From: Pseudomonadota bacterium
GTDB taxonomy: Bacteria > Pseudomonadota > Gammaproteobacteria > Acidiferrobacterales > Sulfurifustaceae
Direction: 5' to 3'
NCBI GenBank assembly: GCA_040755435.1
Contig: JBFMBB010000002.1
Span: 8,415-72,414 of the forward strand
Length of the DNA stretch: 64,000 nt
The notes under the pieces are model-generated. The model had not been told where the DNA came from. It saw nothing but the letters and a program-made list of their open reading frames with translations, and did no database searches. Positions 10,243-24,382 of this stretch are shown in pieces; the stretch's first letter is position 1, and every line of letters begins with the position of its first letter. A program made the translations under genes and the position numbers.

Positions 10243-12390
10243 TTATTTGGCCTTCCACAGCCGCAGGGTCTTGTCGCGGCTGCCGGAGACCAGCAGGGAA
10301 CCGTCGGGGGAAAATGCCAGCGACTGCACGTGATCCTGATGCCCGGCCAGCGTCTGCATCACCGCGCCGTCGCCGGCGTCGAACATCTGGACCGTCTTGC
10401 TCGCGAGGCCCGCGGCCAGCCAGCGGCTGTTGGGCGAGAAGGCCAATGCCAGCACGGCCTGATTGGTCGACAGGGTCCTCAAATACGTGCCGGTGCCGGC
10501 ATCCCACTGACGTATCGTCTGCCCGGCATCGCCGGAGGCCAGCCATTTCCCGTTCGGCGACCAGGCCAGCGCCAATATCTTGTCCTTGTGACCGGCCATG
10601 CGCATCGATTCCAGGCCGTTGGTCACGCTCCAGACGAGAATGGTCTTGTCCGCGCCGGCGGCGGCAAGGGACTTTCCGTCCGGCGAGAAAACCAGCGAAT
10701 AGATGTCGCCCGTGTGTCCCTCCAGCGTCTGCACGCGCCGTCCGTCATTCACGTCCCACACGAACACCAGCCGGTCCTTGCCCGCGGCGGCCAGGAGTTT
10801 TCCGTCCGGTGAAAACGCCACGGCATACACCGCGTAACCGGGACCGCTGAAGGCGCCGCGCGGCGTTCCCGATTTTGCCTCCCACAGCCTCACGGTGCCG
10901 TCATCGCCGGCGGAGGCCAGCCACTGGCCGGTGGAAGCAATCGCAATGGCATTCACCGCGTAGCTCTGGCGCAAGGTGCCGAGCGGCGTTCCCGTGGCGG
11001 CGACCCACAGCCGGATGGTCCTGTCGAGGCCGGCCGAGGCGAACCATTTTCCGTCCGGCGCGAACGCGACCGACTGCACCCAGTCGCGATGCTCGCTGAT
11101 CGTTTTCACCGCCACCGACGGGAAAGTGCTGGCGTAGGCGATGGCTTTTGGCGCCGGGGCCGCGACAGGCGCGGGCGCCGGACGCGCGACGGGTGCCGGC
11201 GCGGGAGCTTCGTTCCGGATCGCCGTGCCTGCGGTGGATTGCTCCGCGACATCAGGGGTTGTCGGCGTGCCGGCCGGCTGACTTTCAAACAGATCCAGTT
11301 GGACTTTGATATCCGACCAATACACGAATCCTGCCACGGTCAGACTGGCCACCATCAGGCCCGCCGCCATCCAGGCAACGGCGGTGGAACTGGAATCCCT
11401 TTTGGATTGACGCGCGGCAATCGGCGGCCGGCGGTAGGCGGCCGTGGAGGTCGGCCGCTTGAATGTCGCGGGCTGGCTGACGCTGTTGGAACGCGAGCGA
11501 CTGCCTCTTCCCATCAGGGCATCCTGGAATTCACGCGCCGATTGCGGCCGGTCGCGGGGATAAATCTGCATGGCCCAGTCGATGCATTCCAGAATGTTGC
11601 GCTGATAGGAATTTCCTCCGGCCTTTACGGCCGGTGCCAGCGGATCCACCTGATATTTCAGCACCGCGTCATAACGGTCCAGCGCCTCATCCGGTTTCTT
11701 GCCGGTGACGCAACGGTACATGGAGGCGCCGATGGCATAGACATCGGTCCAGGGACCCGGCGTGCCCTTGTCCGGATACTGCTCCATCGGGGCATAGCCG
11801 TGGGTCAACGCGATCTTGTGCATGTGGGACGCGCCCTTGCGCGCCGAGCCGAAGTCGATCAGCATCGGGCTGCCGTCCTTGCGCAGGTAAATGTTTTCCG
11901 GCTTGATGTCGAGATGCAGCATTTCGGCCTGATGCACCGCGTGCAGGCCGTTCAGGATCGGAATGAAAACGCGCAACAGCATCTGTTCGTCGAGCCGCGG
12001 ACCGTTGCGCTTGAGATAGTCCGCGAGACTCTGCCCCGCCTCGTACTCCATGACCATGTAGGCCGTGCCATTGGCCTCGAGGTAACGCAACACGCGGACG
12101 ATGTTGTGATGCTTGAATTTCGCCAGCGCGCGCGCTTCCTTGACGAAGTTTTTCAGGCCGGACTGGTAATCGCGCACGGCCTCGCGCTCGGGATTCGGCA
12201 GCACCTGGGTCTTGTCTTCGCGACTGGCGATTTCATGCGGCAGGTATTCCTTGATGGCCACCTGCGCGCCCAGCGCCGTGTCGTGCGCAAGGTAAGTGAT
12301 TCCGAAACCGCCATGGCCCAGAACCGATTCAATCTTGTATTCCGCCAGCCGGAAACCCGTCCGGAGGGCGCTCTTGTGAAACGCGCTCAC
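10243..12390 (-). CDS. Hanks-type Ser/Thr kinase - transmembrane helix - WD40 beta-propeller
   Basis: LGHGGFG, VAIKE, HLDIKPEN, DFG and YAPMEQ; TM AVAWMAAGLMVASLTVAGFVYW; about 7 WD40 repeats (GH...V.SLAFSPDG..L.SGS.DKT.RLW). Confidence 0.92.
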   Translation of the reverse strand: MSAFHKSALRTGFRLAEYKIESVLGHGGFGITYLAHDTALGAQVAIKEYLPHEIASREDKTQVLPNPEREAVRDYQSGLKNFVKEARALAKFKHHNIVRVLRYLEANGTAYMVMEYEAGQSLADYLKRNGPRLDEQMLLRVFIPILNGLHAVHQAEMLHLDIKPENIYLRKDGSPMLIDFGSARKGASHMHKIALTHGYAPMEQYPDKGTPGPWTDVYAIGASMYRCVTGKKPDEALDRYDAVLKYQVDPLAPAVKAGGNSYQRNILECIDWAMQIYPRDRPQSAREFQDALMGRGSRSRSNSVSQPATFKRPTSTAAYRRPPIAARQSKRDSSSTAVAWMAAGLMVASLTVAGFVYWSDIKVQLDLFESQPAGTPTTPDVAEQSTAGTAIRNEAPAPAPVARPAPAPVAAPAPKAIAYASTFPSVAVKTISEHRDWVQSVAFAPDGKWFASAGLDRTIRLWVAATGTPLGTLRQSYAVNAIAIASTGQWLASAGDDGTVRLWEAKSGTPRGAFSGPGYAVYAVAFSPDGKLLAAAGKDRLVFVWDVNDGRRVQTLEGHTGDIYSLVFSPDGKSLAAAGADKTILVWSVTNGLESMRMAGHKDKILALAWSPNGKWLASGDAGQTIRQWDAGTGTYLRTLSTNQAVLALAFSPNSRWLAAGLASKTVQMFDAGDGAVMQTLAGHQDHVQSLAFSPDGSLLVSGSRDKTLRLWKAK

Positions 12391-12500
12391 GCAACTGCCT
12401 CGCCGTCGTGCCTTGGGCTCAAAAAACCTGTTATTTGCACCGGCATGTGTGGTTTTAATTGGTGCTTCAAATCACGTTTTTAGTATAGATCACGCAGATT

Positions 12501-13886
12501 TCACGGGCGGCGGCGTTTTACCCGTCTTCCCGCCCTGCCGCCGCCGGCCTTTTTGCCCTGATAGGGATTTTCTTCCTGACGGCACTCGATCAGCACCGGT
12601 GTGCCGATCAGGTGAAACGCCCGGCGAAAGGCATTGGCGAGGTAGCGGCGGTAGGATTTCGACAGGGAAGCCACCTGATTGCCGTGTACCACCACGCGGG
12701 GCGGGTTCTTGCCGCCCTGGTGGGCGTACTTGGGGCGGGCGCGCCGGCCGTGGACCAGAGGCGGCGGCGTGGCCGTCACGGCCGCCTGCAACACGCGATT
12801 CAGCTTGGGAGTCGCCATGGTCCGCTGGGCCGAGGCATGCGCCTCGTCCACCGAGCGGAACAACCCGCTCACGCCGCTGCCCTCGCGCGCCGAGATGAAA
12901 TGCATGCGGGCAAAATCCAGGAATGGCAATTTGCGCTCCAGTTCGCGCTTGGCCCAGTCCCGGTCGGACGTCTTGACGGCATCCCATTTGTTCACCGCCA
13001 CCACCAGCGACCGGCCGGCCTCCAGCGCATAGCCGGCCAGCGAGGCATCCTGTTCGGCCACGCCGGCCTGCGCGTCGATCACGAGAATGGCCACGTTGGC
13101 CTCGTCGATCGCCTGCAGCGTCTTGAGCACCGAGAATTTTTCCAGCAGGTCGTCGATGCGCGCGCGCCGGCGCACGCCGGCGGTATCGACCAGCACGTAA
13201 CGCCGGCCGGCCCGCTCGAGCGGTATATGGATGCTGTCGCGCGTGGTTCCCGGCTCGTCGCACACCACCACGCGCTGCTCGCCCAGCAGCGCGTTCACCA
13301 GCGTGGACTTGCCGACGTTGGGCTTGCCGATCACGGCGATGCGCGGGACGCTCTCGTCCGGTCCGGTTTCCGCGGCCACCGGCAATTTTTCCAGCACGCG
13401 CTGGATCAGCCCGGCAACGCCCTCGCCGTGCGCGGCGGAGATCGCCGCAGGCTCGCCGAGTCCGAGGGCGTGAAATTCCGCGACGGCCGTGGCGGGATCA
13501 TGTCCCTCGGCCTTGTTTACCGCAACCCATACCGGCTTGCCCAGCCGGCGCAGATCCGCGGCCAGCACGCGATCGACCGGATGCACGCCTTCGCGCGCAT
13601 CCACGATGAGAATGACGGCGTCGGCCTCGGTCAGCGCGGTGCGCACCTGGGTGGCGACGCCGGACGACATGTCCTCGCGCTCCTTCGCCTCGCCAAGGCC
13701 GGTCACGACACCGCCGGTATCGACGACAAAATAGGGACGATCGCCGATCCGGCCGTCGCCATACTGGCGGTCGCGCGTCAGTCCCGGCGCGTCGGCCACC
13801 AGCGCGCTGCGGCTTCGGGTCAGCCGGTTGAACAGCGTGGACTTGCCGACGTTGGGGCGGCCGATGAGAACGACGACGGGTTTCAT
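12501..13886 (-). CDS. der: Ribosome biogenesis GTPase Der (EngA)
   Basis: Two GTPase domains (GRPNVGKS, GKPNVGKS, DTAG) and a KH-like C-terminus. Confidence 0.97.
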   Translation of the reverse strand: MKPVVVLIGRPNVGKSTLFNRLTRSRSALVADAPGLTRDRQYGDGRIGDRPYFVVDTGGVVTGLGEAKEREDMSSGVATQVRTALTEADAVILIVDAREGVHPVDRVLAADLRRLGKPVWVAVNKAEGHDPATAVAEFHALGLGEPAAISAAHGEGVAGLIQRVLEKLPVAAETGPDESVPRIAVIGKPNVGKSTLVNALLGEQRVVVCDEPGTTRDSIHIPLERAGRRYVLVDTAGVRRRARIDDLLEKFSVLKTLQAIDEANVAILVIDAQAGVAEQDASLAGYALEAGRSLVVAVNKWDAVKTSDRDWAKRELERKLPFLDFARMHFISAREGSGVSGLFRSVDEAHASAQRTMATPKLNRVLQAAVTATPPPLVHGRRARPKYAHQGGKNPPRVVVHGNQVASLSKSYRRYLANAFRRAFHLIGTPVLIECRQEENPYQGKKAGGGRAGRRVKRRRP

Positions 13887-13901
13887 AGGATACGAAATCC
13901 A

Positions 13902-13975
13902 GCCACAGAGTACACAGAGATCACGGAGAATGGTTGTATTGCTTTTTTCTCCGTGCCCTCTGCGCGCTCTGTGGC
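13902..13975. repeat. Nonamer palindromic element, copy 2
   Basis: gccacagag tacacagag atcacggag, 20-nt loop, ctccgtgcc ctctgcgcg ctctgtggc; between bamB and der. Confidence 0.85.
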
Positions 13976-13999
13976 CAAAGATAATAAATCAAAACCTGC

Positions 14000-15142
14000 C
14001 TAGTTTTTCTCCAGGCGCAGCGCGGCGAGATCGCCGGCCTGATTGCTGACGTAGAGCATGTCATGCCCCGCCAGCGCCTGGGACCGGACGGCCTTGCTGC
14101 CGACCCGGTGACGCGCGACGAAGCGGCCGTCGTCGCTCGACAGCCAGTGCACGTAACCCTCGAAGTCGCCGACCGCCACCAATCCGTCCACGCAGCGCGG
14201 AGCATTCAGCTGGCGCGCGCGCAGCTGTTCCTGTTTCCACACGCTGGCGCCGGTGCGCTGGTCGAAGGCCATGACGTTGCTCCGATCGTCGGTGAGATAA
14301 ATGTTGTTCCTGTCCGCGTCCATGCCGGAAAAGGTGGACACGTCGCGCGACCACAGGATGCGCCCGGATTGCGCGTCCAGCGCGATGATCTTTCCCTGAT
14401 AGCTCGCGGCATACAGCACGCTGCCCACCACCACCGGGGAGATATCAACGTCCACCAGGCGCTCGATCTCGTTGCGTCCCTGCGGTTGCGCCACCGGCAG
14501 TTCCCACAGGAGCTTGCCGCTCTGCACATGGACCGCGACCACCTTGCCGCTGGCGAAGCCGGTCAGCACCGCGTCGGCCACGATCACGGGCCGTGCCGTG
14601 CCGTGCAGGCTCAGCGGCGGCTCGGTGCGCTCGTAGCGCCACAGACGTTTGCCGTCTTTGGCCGACAGGCCTGTGAGCTTGCCATCCACCGACTGCACCA
14701 CGACGACGCCGGCGCCGATCGCCGCCGGCGCCAGGGTCTGGCTCGATATGCCGCTGGCCCAGAGCCGGTGGCCGTCCTTGGCGTCGAGCGCGATCGCCTC
14801 GCCTTTCTTGGTGGCGACCACCACCAGGCCGTCGCCGGCGGCCGTGGCGCCCGTCACCAGCTGTTTCACGCGCGCCTGCCACAGGCGGCGGCCGCTGTTC
14901 GCGTCGAAGGCGCGCACCTTGCCCTTGGGGTCGGAGGTATAAATCACGTCGCCATCGAGCGCGGGCGACAGAATCACCGCCAGCTTGGCCGCACTCGCAC
15001 CGCTGTCCGCCGTCCATACTTCCCTGATGCGCGCCTCGGCGGCGAACGGCCGGAGCTCGACGGGCTCCTCGCGCACCGACTTGCCGCCACCGCAGGCGGA
15101 CAGCGCGGTCAGGACACACATGGCGGCAATGAGCTGTTTCAT
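14000..15142 (-). CDS. bamB: Outer-membrane assembly lipoprotein BamB
   Basis: Lipobox LSAC, PQQ-like repeats, GRNEIERLVDVD motif and synteny. Confidence 0.95.
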   Translation of the reverse strand: MKQLIAAMCVLTALSACGGGKSVREEPVELRPFAAEARIREVWTADSGASAAKLAVILSPALDGDVIYTSDPKGKVRAFDANSGRRLWQARVKQLVTGATAAGDGLVVVATKKGEAIALDAKDGHRLWASGISSQTLAPAAIGAGVVVVQSVDGKLTGLSAKDGKRLWRYERTEPPLSLHGTARPVIVADAVLTGFASGKVVAVHVQSGKLLWELPVAQPQGRNEIERLVDVDISPVVVGSVLYAASYQGKIIALDAQSGRILWSRDVSTFSGMDADRNNIYLTDDRSNVMAFDQRTGASVWKQEQLRARQLNAPRCVDGLVAVGDFEGYVHWLSSDDGRFVARHRVGSKAVRSQALAGHDMLYVSNQAGDLAALRLEKN

Positions 15143-15777
15143 GCGGCCGGCCCCGGCCCCAGATCGTCGAGCTTCATTTCAAGCATCGGGGCATAAGGCG
15201 ATTCGGGCGCGAGATGTTTGAGCGCTTCGCGATACGCCGCGCGCGCCGCTTCGCGCTGGCCCTGCGCAACATGCACGTCGCCCTTCAGCTCCTCGTATTC
15301 CGCCTCGAAGCCCGCGCGATCCTTCACCTCCAGCAGCGCCAGCGCCGCATCCTTGTCACCACTGTCGAGATGGATGCGCGCCAGGCGCAGGCGCGCGGCG
15401 TGCCGCACCGCGTCGTCGTCCGCGTTTTTCAGCACCCATTGCAGGCGTTCCCCGGCCTTGCCCGCGTCACCGGCCTCGAAATCCAGGCGCGCGAGCAGCA
15501 GACCGGCCATGCCGGCGTAGGGCGTGGAGGCATACTCGCTCATCAGCGACTCGCCTCGCTGGCGCGCATCGCCGGATTTTTGGGCGTGAAGCTCCTGGAA
15601 CATGCGGTCATAAAGCGCGGCGGCGGCCTGTCGCTGTGTTTCCACGTGCTGGGTCCAGTAGCGAAAACCGACCAGTATCGCGACACCCAGCGCGATGCCG
15701 AATACCACGGAATTACCGTAGTTCTTCCACCACGCCTTGAGTCGATCCAGGTCTTCCTGTTCTTCGTAAGCCGCCAA
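15139..15777 (-). CDS. yfgM: Ancillary SecYEG chaperone YfgM (TPR_21)
   Basis: EEQEDLDRLKAWWKNYGN, TM, YEELKGD. TTG start at 15777 with a GAGGA RBS. Confidence 0.92.
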   Translation of the reverse strand: MAAYEEQEDLDRLKAWWKNYGNSVVFGIALGVAILVGFRYWTQHVETQRQAAAALYDRMFQELHAQKSGDARQRGESLMSEYASTPYAGMAGLLLARLDFEAGDAGKAGERLQWVLKNADDDAVRHAARLRLARIHLDSGDKDAALALLEVKDRAGFEAEYEELKGDVHVAQGQREAARAAYREALKHLAPESPYAPMLEMKLDDLGPGPAA

Positions 15778-15781
15778 GACT

Positions 15782-17050
<1,269 letters not shown>

Positions 17051-17060
17051 TGGAACGCCC

Positions 17061-18194
17061 TCAACCGGTCTGCTTGATGGGAAAGACTTTCTTGTCCGGC
17101 GCCGTGTCACCCTGCTCGCGGCGCCGTTGCAGTTCCGCACGGATCACGCGCTCGATCTCGTCCACCAGCTGTCCCTTGTCGATCTTGTGATCCGGCTTGC
17201 CGTTGATGTAGAGCAGGCTCGGCGTGCCGCCGGCCAGACCGATGTGCGCGGCCTTGGCCTCGCCCGGGCCGTTGACGCAGCAACCGATGACGGCCACGTC
17301 GAGCGGCTCCTTGATGTCCTCGATGCGGCTCTCGAGCGCGTTGACCGTGGCGATGACGTCGAACTCCTGGCGCGAGCAGGACGGACAGGCGATCAGGTTG
17401 ATACCCTTGTTGCGGATGTGCAGCGCCTTGAGGATATCCCAGCCCACGCGCACCTCCTCCACCGGGTCGGCCGCGAGCGACACGCGGATGGTGTCGCCGA
17501 TGCCCTCGGCCAGCAGCATGCCGAGACCGATGGCGGACTTGACGGCGCCGGAACGGAAGCCGCCGGCCTCGGTGATGCCGAGATGCAGCGGCTGCTCGAT
17601 CTGCGTCGCCAGCTGCCGGTAGGCGGCCACCGCCATGAACACGTCCGAGGCCTTGACGCTCACCTTGAAGTCGTGGAAATCGAGCTTGTCGAGCATCTCG
17701 ATATGCCGCAGCGCCGATTCCACCAGCGCCTCCGGTGTGGGTTCGCCGTATTTCTTCTGCAGGTCCTTCTCCAGCGATCCGGCGTTCACGCCGATGCGGA
17801 TCGGGATGCCGCGGTCGCGCGCCGCGTCGACCACGGCGCGCACGCGGTCCTCGCGCCCGATGTTGCCCGGGTTGATGCGCAGGCAATCGGCGCCGAGCTC
17901 GGCCACGCGCAGCGCGATCTTGTAATCGAAGTGAATGTCCGTCACCAGCGGCACGGCGACCTGCGGCTTGATCCGGCCGAAGGCCTCGGCGGCCTCCAGC
18001 GTCGGAATCGACACGCGCACGATATCGGCGCCGGCGTTTTCCAGCGCCTGGATCTGGGCCACCGTGGCCGTCACGTCCGTGGTCTCGGTGTTGGTCATGC
18101 TCTGCACGCTGACCGGCGCATCGCCGCCGACCGCGACACCGCCGACCATGATGCGCCGGCTCTTGCGGCGCTTGATGGGATTTTCACTGAACAT
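17061..18194 (-). CDS. ispG: HMBPP synthase
   Basis: [30 protein letters not shown] and GCCVNGPGE. Confidence 0.97.
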   Translation of the reverse strand: MFSENPIKRRKSRRIMVGGVAVGGDAPVSVQSMTNTETTDVTATVAQIQALENAGADIVRVSIPTLEAAEAFGRIKPQVAVPLVTDIHFDYKIALRVAELGADCLRINPGNIGREDRVRAVVDAARDRGIPIRIGVNAGSLEKDLQKKYGEPTPEALVESALRHIEMLDKLDFHDFKVSVKASDVFMAVAAYRQLATQIEQPLHLGITEAGGFRSGAVKSAIGLGMLLAEGIGDTIRVSLAADPVEEVRVGWDILKALHIRNKGINLIACPSCSRQEFDVIATVNALESRIEDIKEPLDVAVIGCCVNGPGEAKAAHIGLAGGTPSLLYINGKPDHKIDKGQLVDEIERVIRAELQRRREQGDTAPDKKVFPIKQTG

Positions 18195-19198
18195 CAGTTG
18201 TTCACCGCCGTTTCCTCGCCGAGCGTGAAGCGCGCCACCTGGCCGCGCTTGTGCCGGCTGACGTCATAGTCCTGACCGTTGAATTCTACCCGCACCCCGT
18301 CGGCGTTGCCGACGAAAACGCTGAACGGCGCCACGCCCTCGATGCTGATGCGCCGTCCCGCCGGAACATTTTCATAAAGCAGCCGGTTGTCGCGGGCATC
18401 GCGAATATCGGCCCACGATTCCTGGATGGCATGCAGCACCATGCGCGCCCGCGGCACACCCGGAGGAATGTCCACGGCCCGCCGCGTGCGCGTCGTGACG
18501 CGCTCGACCGGTGCCGTATCGGCGCCGGCCGGCTTGGGCGCCGGCACCGCGTTGGGGGTGTTGCCGGATACCGCCGGCAGATCGCCGGGCGATGCCGCCG
18601 GCGTGGCGGTATTCCGGGTCGGCGCCACCACCGCGCCGGCAGACGCGGATTCCCCGTCGACGGCGCTGCCGGGCAAACCGGCCGGCGCAGCCGCCGGACC
18701 GGTCTCGGCCGTGACATCCGGGCCCAAACGATCATCGACAAGCGTTTCCGCCGCCTCCGGAGACACGGCCAGCTGATCCAGCGGCTCATCCCCGCTCTGC
18801 CACCACAGGTAAACCAGCGCGAGCAGGATCGCCGTCACGCCCAGGGTCGCGACCTTGACGATACGGTCGCTGCTCGTGATTTGCGGCGGCGGCGCCGATT
18901 GCGGCAACGTGATCGGTTTGGGGGCGATCGTGAGGCCGTTGTAGGACTCCACGACTTTTTCCGGCGACAGGCCGAGCAACTGCGCATAGCTGCGCAGGTA
19001 ACCGCGGACATAAGTCGGGCCTGACAGGGATTTGTAATCGTCGTTTTCGAGCGCAGTGATCTGCTTCGACGACAGGTGCAGAATCTGCGCCACGTCTTCC
19101 GGCGCCAGGCGCAAATCCAGACGCGCCTGCCGCAGTAACTGTCCTGGACCGGTACGCGGCGTGCCGGACTCGGGGTTTTCCGGATTCATGTTTTCCAT
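18194..19198 (-). CDS. rodZ: Cytoskeleton protein RodZ
   Basis: N-terminal HTH ([10 protein letters not shown]), TM and C-terminal DUF4115-like domain; synteny. Confidence 0.9.
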   Translation of the reverse strand: MENMNPENPESGTPRTGPGQLLRQARLDLRLAPEDVAQILHLSSKQITALENDDYKSLSGPTYVRGYLRSYAQLLGLSPEKVVESYNGLTIAPKPITLPQSAPPPQITSSDRIVKVATLGVTAILLALVYLWWQSGDEPLDQLAVSPEAAETLVDDRLGPDVTAETGPAAAPAGLPGSAVDGESASAGAVVAPTRNTATPAASPGDLPAVSGNTPNAVPAPKPAGADTAPVERVTTRTRRAVDIPPGVPRARMVLHAIQESWADIRDARDNRLLYENVPAGRRISIEGVAPFSVFVGNADGVRVEFNGQDYDVSRHKRGQVARFTLGEETAVNN

Positions 19199-19201
19199 GG
19201 A

Positions 19202-19978
19202 CTACTTCTTCCTCGCTCCCGACAAAGTCTGCAATTGTCCGGCCTCGGGTGAAGTCGGGAATTTGCCGCGCAGGCGCAGCGCATAACTCGCTTCGGCATT
19301 CTTGTTGTGCAGGGCACGTTCGATCTTGACGGCCAGCAGCAGGCTCTCGGGCGTATCCTCCGCGGCATGGAAATAACGTTCAATGAACGCGCGCGCGGTC
19401 AGTGCCCGGCCCGAATCCAGGCTGATTCTGGCCATCTGGTACAACGCCCCGGGCATTCTGGGATTGATGCGCAGTGCCTCGCGGAAATACTTTTCGGCGG
19501 CGACCGGCGCCGGCTTTTTCATCAGGCAGACGCCGGCGTTCAGATTGGCCTCTTCGGGCGTCCGGTAAAACGCGTTGGCGGCCGCCTTCTGAAACCAGGC
19601 CAGCGCCTCGTCGATCTTGCCGTATTCGCACAGGAATACACCGTAATTGTTCCACGCCTCGGGGTTCGGCGGTTCCGCGTCGACGGCCTTGCGGAAATGC
19701 CGCGCCGCCGCATCGCGATTGTTCAGCCGCCATTGCAGCAGCGCCATCATGTTGTTGACCTGCGAATTGCCCGGCGCCAGATCGTAGGCCTTGTCCAGCT
19801 CCTGCTTGGCCACGTCCAGCTGGCCGCGTTGCATGTAGCCGGAGCCGAGCAGCACATGGGTCTCGGCGCGCTTGTTCAGCTTTTCCTGCTCCGCCTCCCG
19901 TTCCGCGGACGAGGCGCAGCCGGCCAGCATGGCGCACAGCAGCAGCATCGCCGCCGGTGACAGGAAACGCGCGCTCAC
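19202..19978 (-). CDS. pilW: Type IV pilus biogenesis/stability lipoprotein PilW (PilF)
   Basis: Lipobox LAGC, TPR repeats ([14 protein letters not shown]); located between rlmN and rodZ. Confidence 0.9.
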   Translation of the reverse strand: MSARFLSPAAMLLLCAMLAGCASSAEREAEQEKLNKRAETHVLLGSGYMQRGQLDVAKQELDKAYDLAPGNSQVNNMMALLQWRLNNRDAAARHFRKAVDAEPPNPEAWNNYGVFLCEYGKIDEALAWFQKAAANAFYRTPEEANLNAGVCLMKKPAPVAAEKYFREALRINPRMPGALYQMARISLDSGRALTARAFIERYFHAAEDTPESLLLAVKIERALHNKNAEASYALRLRGKFPTSPEAGQLQTLSGARKK

Positions 19979-21075
19979 GCCCGGCCCGCCCTGAGCGCCA
20001 GACGTTCGCGCCGGCGCGTACGATCCTGCACGCGCCCGGCAAGCTGGCCGCAGGCCGCGTCGATATCATCGCCGCGGGTCTTGCGCGTGATCGTGGTCAA
20101 CCCCGCCGCGATCAGTACGTCGCGGAAGCGGTCGATAACCTGCTTCGGGGAGCGCCGGTAATGCGTCTGCGGGAACGGATTGAACGGGATCAGATTCACC
20201 TTGGACGGTACATCGGCCAGAATCCTTGCCAGCTCATGGGCGTGCTCGATGCTGTCATTAATTCCATCCAGCATCACGTACTCGAAGGTCACGCGCGAGC
20301 GCGGCGAATCGGCGCAATAACGCCGGCAGGCCTCGAGCAGCTCCCGAATCGGATATTTTTTGTTCAGCGGGACCAGCTGGTCGCGCAAGGCGTCGTTCGG
20401 CGCGTGCAGCGACACCGCCAGGCTCACCGGGCATTCCGCGCGCAGGCGTTCCAGCATCGGCACCACGCCGGCCGTGGACAGCGTCACGCGCCGGCGCGAC
20501 AGGCCGTAGGCGTAATCGTCCAGCATCAGGCGCATGGCCGGCAGGACATTGTCGAAATTGAGCAGCGGCTCGCCCATGCCCATGAGCACGACGTTGGTGA
20601 CGATGCGCTCGCCCCTGGGATCGCGCCCCAGGGCGCGGTTGGCGACCAGCAACTGCGAGATGATCTCGGCCGTGGTCAGGCTGCGGTTGAAGCCCTGGTG
20701 ACCGGTGGAGCAGAAGGAACAGTTGAGCGTGCAACCGACCTGCGAGGACACGCACAGCGTGCCGCGATCCTCTTCCGGGATGAATACCGTCTCGATGGCG
20801 TTGCCGTCATCGAGGCGCAACAGCCACTTGCGCGTGCCGTCCGCGGCCGTCTGGTCCTGGATGATTTCCGGCACGCGAATTTCCGCGGCGTCGCGCAGGC
20901 GCGTGCGCAATTCCTTGCTCAGGTTGGTCATGGCATCGAAATCGTCGACCCCATACTGGTGGATCCACTGGATCACCTGGGTGGCGCGAAACGGTTTCTC
21001 GCCGATGCCGGTGAAAAACTCCTGCATCGCCACGCGATCGAGGTTGAGCAAATTGACTTTTTCAGCAGCTGACAA
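19975..21075 (-). CDS. rlmN: 23S rRNA/tRNA m2A methyltransferase RlmN
   Basis: [21 protein letters not shown] and [11 protein letters not shown] start at 21075 with a GAGGA RBS. Confidence 0.97.
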   Translation of the reverse strand: MSAAEKVNLLNLDRVAMQEFFTGIGEKPFRATQVIQWIHQYGVDDFDAMTNLSKELRTRLRDAAEIRVPEIIQDQTAADGTRKWLLRLDDGNAIETVFIPEEDRGTLCVSSQVGCTLNCSFCSTGHQGFNRSLTTAEIISQLLVANRALGRDPRGERIVTNVVLMGMGEPLLNFDNVLPAMRLMLDDYAYGLSRRRVTLSTAGVVPMLERLRAECPVSLAVSLHAPNDALRDQLVPLNKKYPIRELLEACRRYCADSPRSRVTFEYVMLDGINDSIEHAHELARILADVPSKVNLIPFNPFPQTHYRRSPKQVIDRFRDVLIAAGLTTITRKTRGDDIDAACGQLAGRVQDRTRRRERLALRAGRA

Positions 21076-21283
21076 GACGATCCTCAACAAGCACTGGCGC
21101 CGGTGTCTGGCTTGCGGGCGGACGCTCCCCAGCCGGGACATCTCCGGTGCTGCACAAAAATATTGGTGCAACCTGTGGAAAAAACGGGATTTTTACGGCC
21201 ATCCCGGATACATAGTGTAGCGTCTGATGCCGGGTCCGACAACGAAAACGGGCTGTTTTGGCGGGGAAACCCGGGTTCCGGCC

Positions 21284-21487
21284 TCAGCCCCCGTGCTCCT
21301 CCATCCAGGCCATCTGGATGGCCTCGAGGATTTTCTCGCCGGAATGCTCGGGCAGGTCGTCAAAATCCGCCAGTGACATCACCCATTTGTGCAGGTCCGT
21401 GAAACGCACGGACATCGGGTCCACGTCCGGGAACTTCTCGCTCAGCTCGATGGCGATTTCGCGAGTATCGGTCCATTTCAGGCCCAT
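21284..21487 (-). CDS. iscX: Fe-S assembly protein IscX
   Basis: LKWTD..EIA, VRFTDLH and EKILEAIQMAW. Confidence 0.95.
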   Translation of the reverse strand: MGLKWTDTREIAIELSEKFPDVDPMSVRFTDLHKWVMSLADFDDLPEHSGEKILEAIQMAWMEEHGG

Positions 21488-21499
21488 GGCCGGCTCCTT

Positions 21500-21834
21500 C
21501 TAATGTTGTTCAGAAACGAGGTTGATGGTGTATTTGGGGATCTCGACCACCAGGTCCTGGTCGGCAACCTTGGCCTGGCAACTCAGCCGCGACTCGGGTT
21601 CCAGCCCCCAGGCCTTGTCCAGCAAGTCCTCCTCCTTCTCCTCGGCCGGCTCCAGGCTGTTGAAGCCTTCACGCACGATCACATGACAGGTGGTGCAGGC
21701 GCAGGCCTTTTCGCAGGCATGCTCGATGGGAATGCCGGCATCCAGGGCGGCGTTGCAGATGCTGGTGCCCGGCTCCACCTCGATGGTTTTTCCCTCGGGG
21801 CAGATTTGCGGATGCGGCAGGAAAGTCAGTCGCG

Positions 21835-21838
<4 letters not shown>
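21500..21838 (-). CDS. fdx: ISC [2Fe-2S] ferredoxin
   Basis: [13 protein letters not shown] and SRLSCQA. Confidence 0.97.
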
Positions 21839-23730
<1,892 letters not shown>

Positions 23731-23745
23731 AGTTAATAAAAATCT

Positions 23746-23816
23746 GCCACAGAGATCACAGGGGCCACAGAGAAAAAACCGATCATACACTCCGTGAACT
23801 CTGTGCCCTCTGTGGC
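23746..23816. repeat. Nonamer palindromic element, copy 3
   Basis: gccacagag atcacaggg gccacagag, 17-nt loop, ctccgtgaa ctctgtgcc ctctgtggc; between hscB and hscA. Confidence 0.85.
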
Positions 23817-23823
23817 CGGGGTT

Positions 23824-24363
23824 TTAGAGCAATTCTTCCTCGAGATCGTCGATCTCGCGCCGCAACTTCTCCAGAAACTGCATTTCGCGCGCGATGTTAC
23901 GCGCCCTGGCGGTTGCCTCCGGCCCGTCTCCGGCGATGGCCTGGCGGAACCGCGCGATCTTGTCCTGCATGCCCTGCTCGAGGCGGTTGGCCAGTTCCAC
24001 CAGCCGCTTGCGCGGATTGTCCGCCTGTCGCAGCTCTTCGAGGCCTTCGCGCCACTCCATCTGCTCCATGAGGAACGCCGGGTCCATCGCCGTGTCGGTC
24101 TCCGCGTCGATGTCCACGCCGCGCAGGCTCAGCAGGTAACGCCCGCGCCGCGCCGGATCCTTGAGCGTCTGGAACGCTTCGTTGACCTGCGCCGTCATCT
24201 GCAGGGACAGGCGCCGCTCCTGGTCGGAGGCATTGGCAAACTTGTCGGGATGAACGCGCCGCTGGAGTTCGCGATAGCGCGACGCCAGATCGCCGGCATC
24301 GATATCGAATGCCACCGGCAAACCGAAAAGTTCGAAATGATTTTTTCCCGGTGCGGCGCGCAT
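23824..24363 (-). CDS. hscB: Co-chaperone HscB
   Basis: NHFELFGLP, J-domain HPD and DPAFLMEQME. Confidence 0.95.
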   Translation of the reverse strand: MRAAPGKNHFELFGLPVAFDIDAGDLASRYRELQRRVHPDKFANASDQERRLSLQMTAQVNEAFQTLKDPARRGRYLLSLRGVDIDAETDTAMDPAFLMEQMEWREGLEELRQADNPRKRLVELANRLEQGMQDKIARFRQAIAGDGPEATARARNIAREMQFLEKLRREIDDLEEELL

Positions 24364-24382
24364 GCCGGTGGCACCCGCCGTG

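Noticed and set aside
10152-10850. ORF starting MKFSHREHRGHR
   Set aside because: The HRE/HRG periodicity is just the nonamer element translated; the rest is antisense to the WD40 repeats.
12488-12506. gatcacgcagatttcacgg at the der 3' end resembling a nonamer half-element
   Set aside because: Only two degenerate units and no inverted arm.
21151-21170. NtrC box
   Set aside because: The half-sites resemble TGCAC/GTGCA, but the site spans 20 bp rather than the canonical 17 bp.
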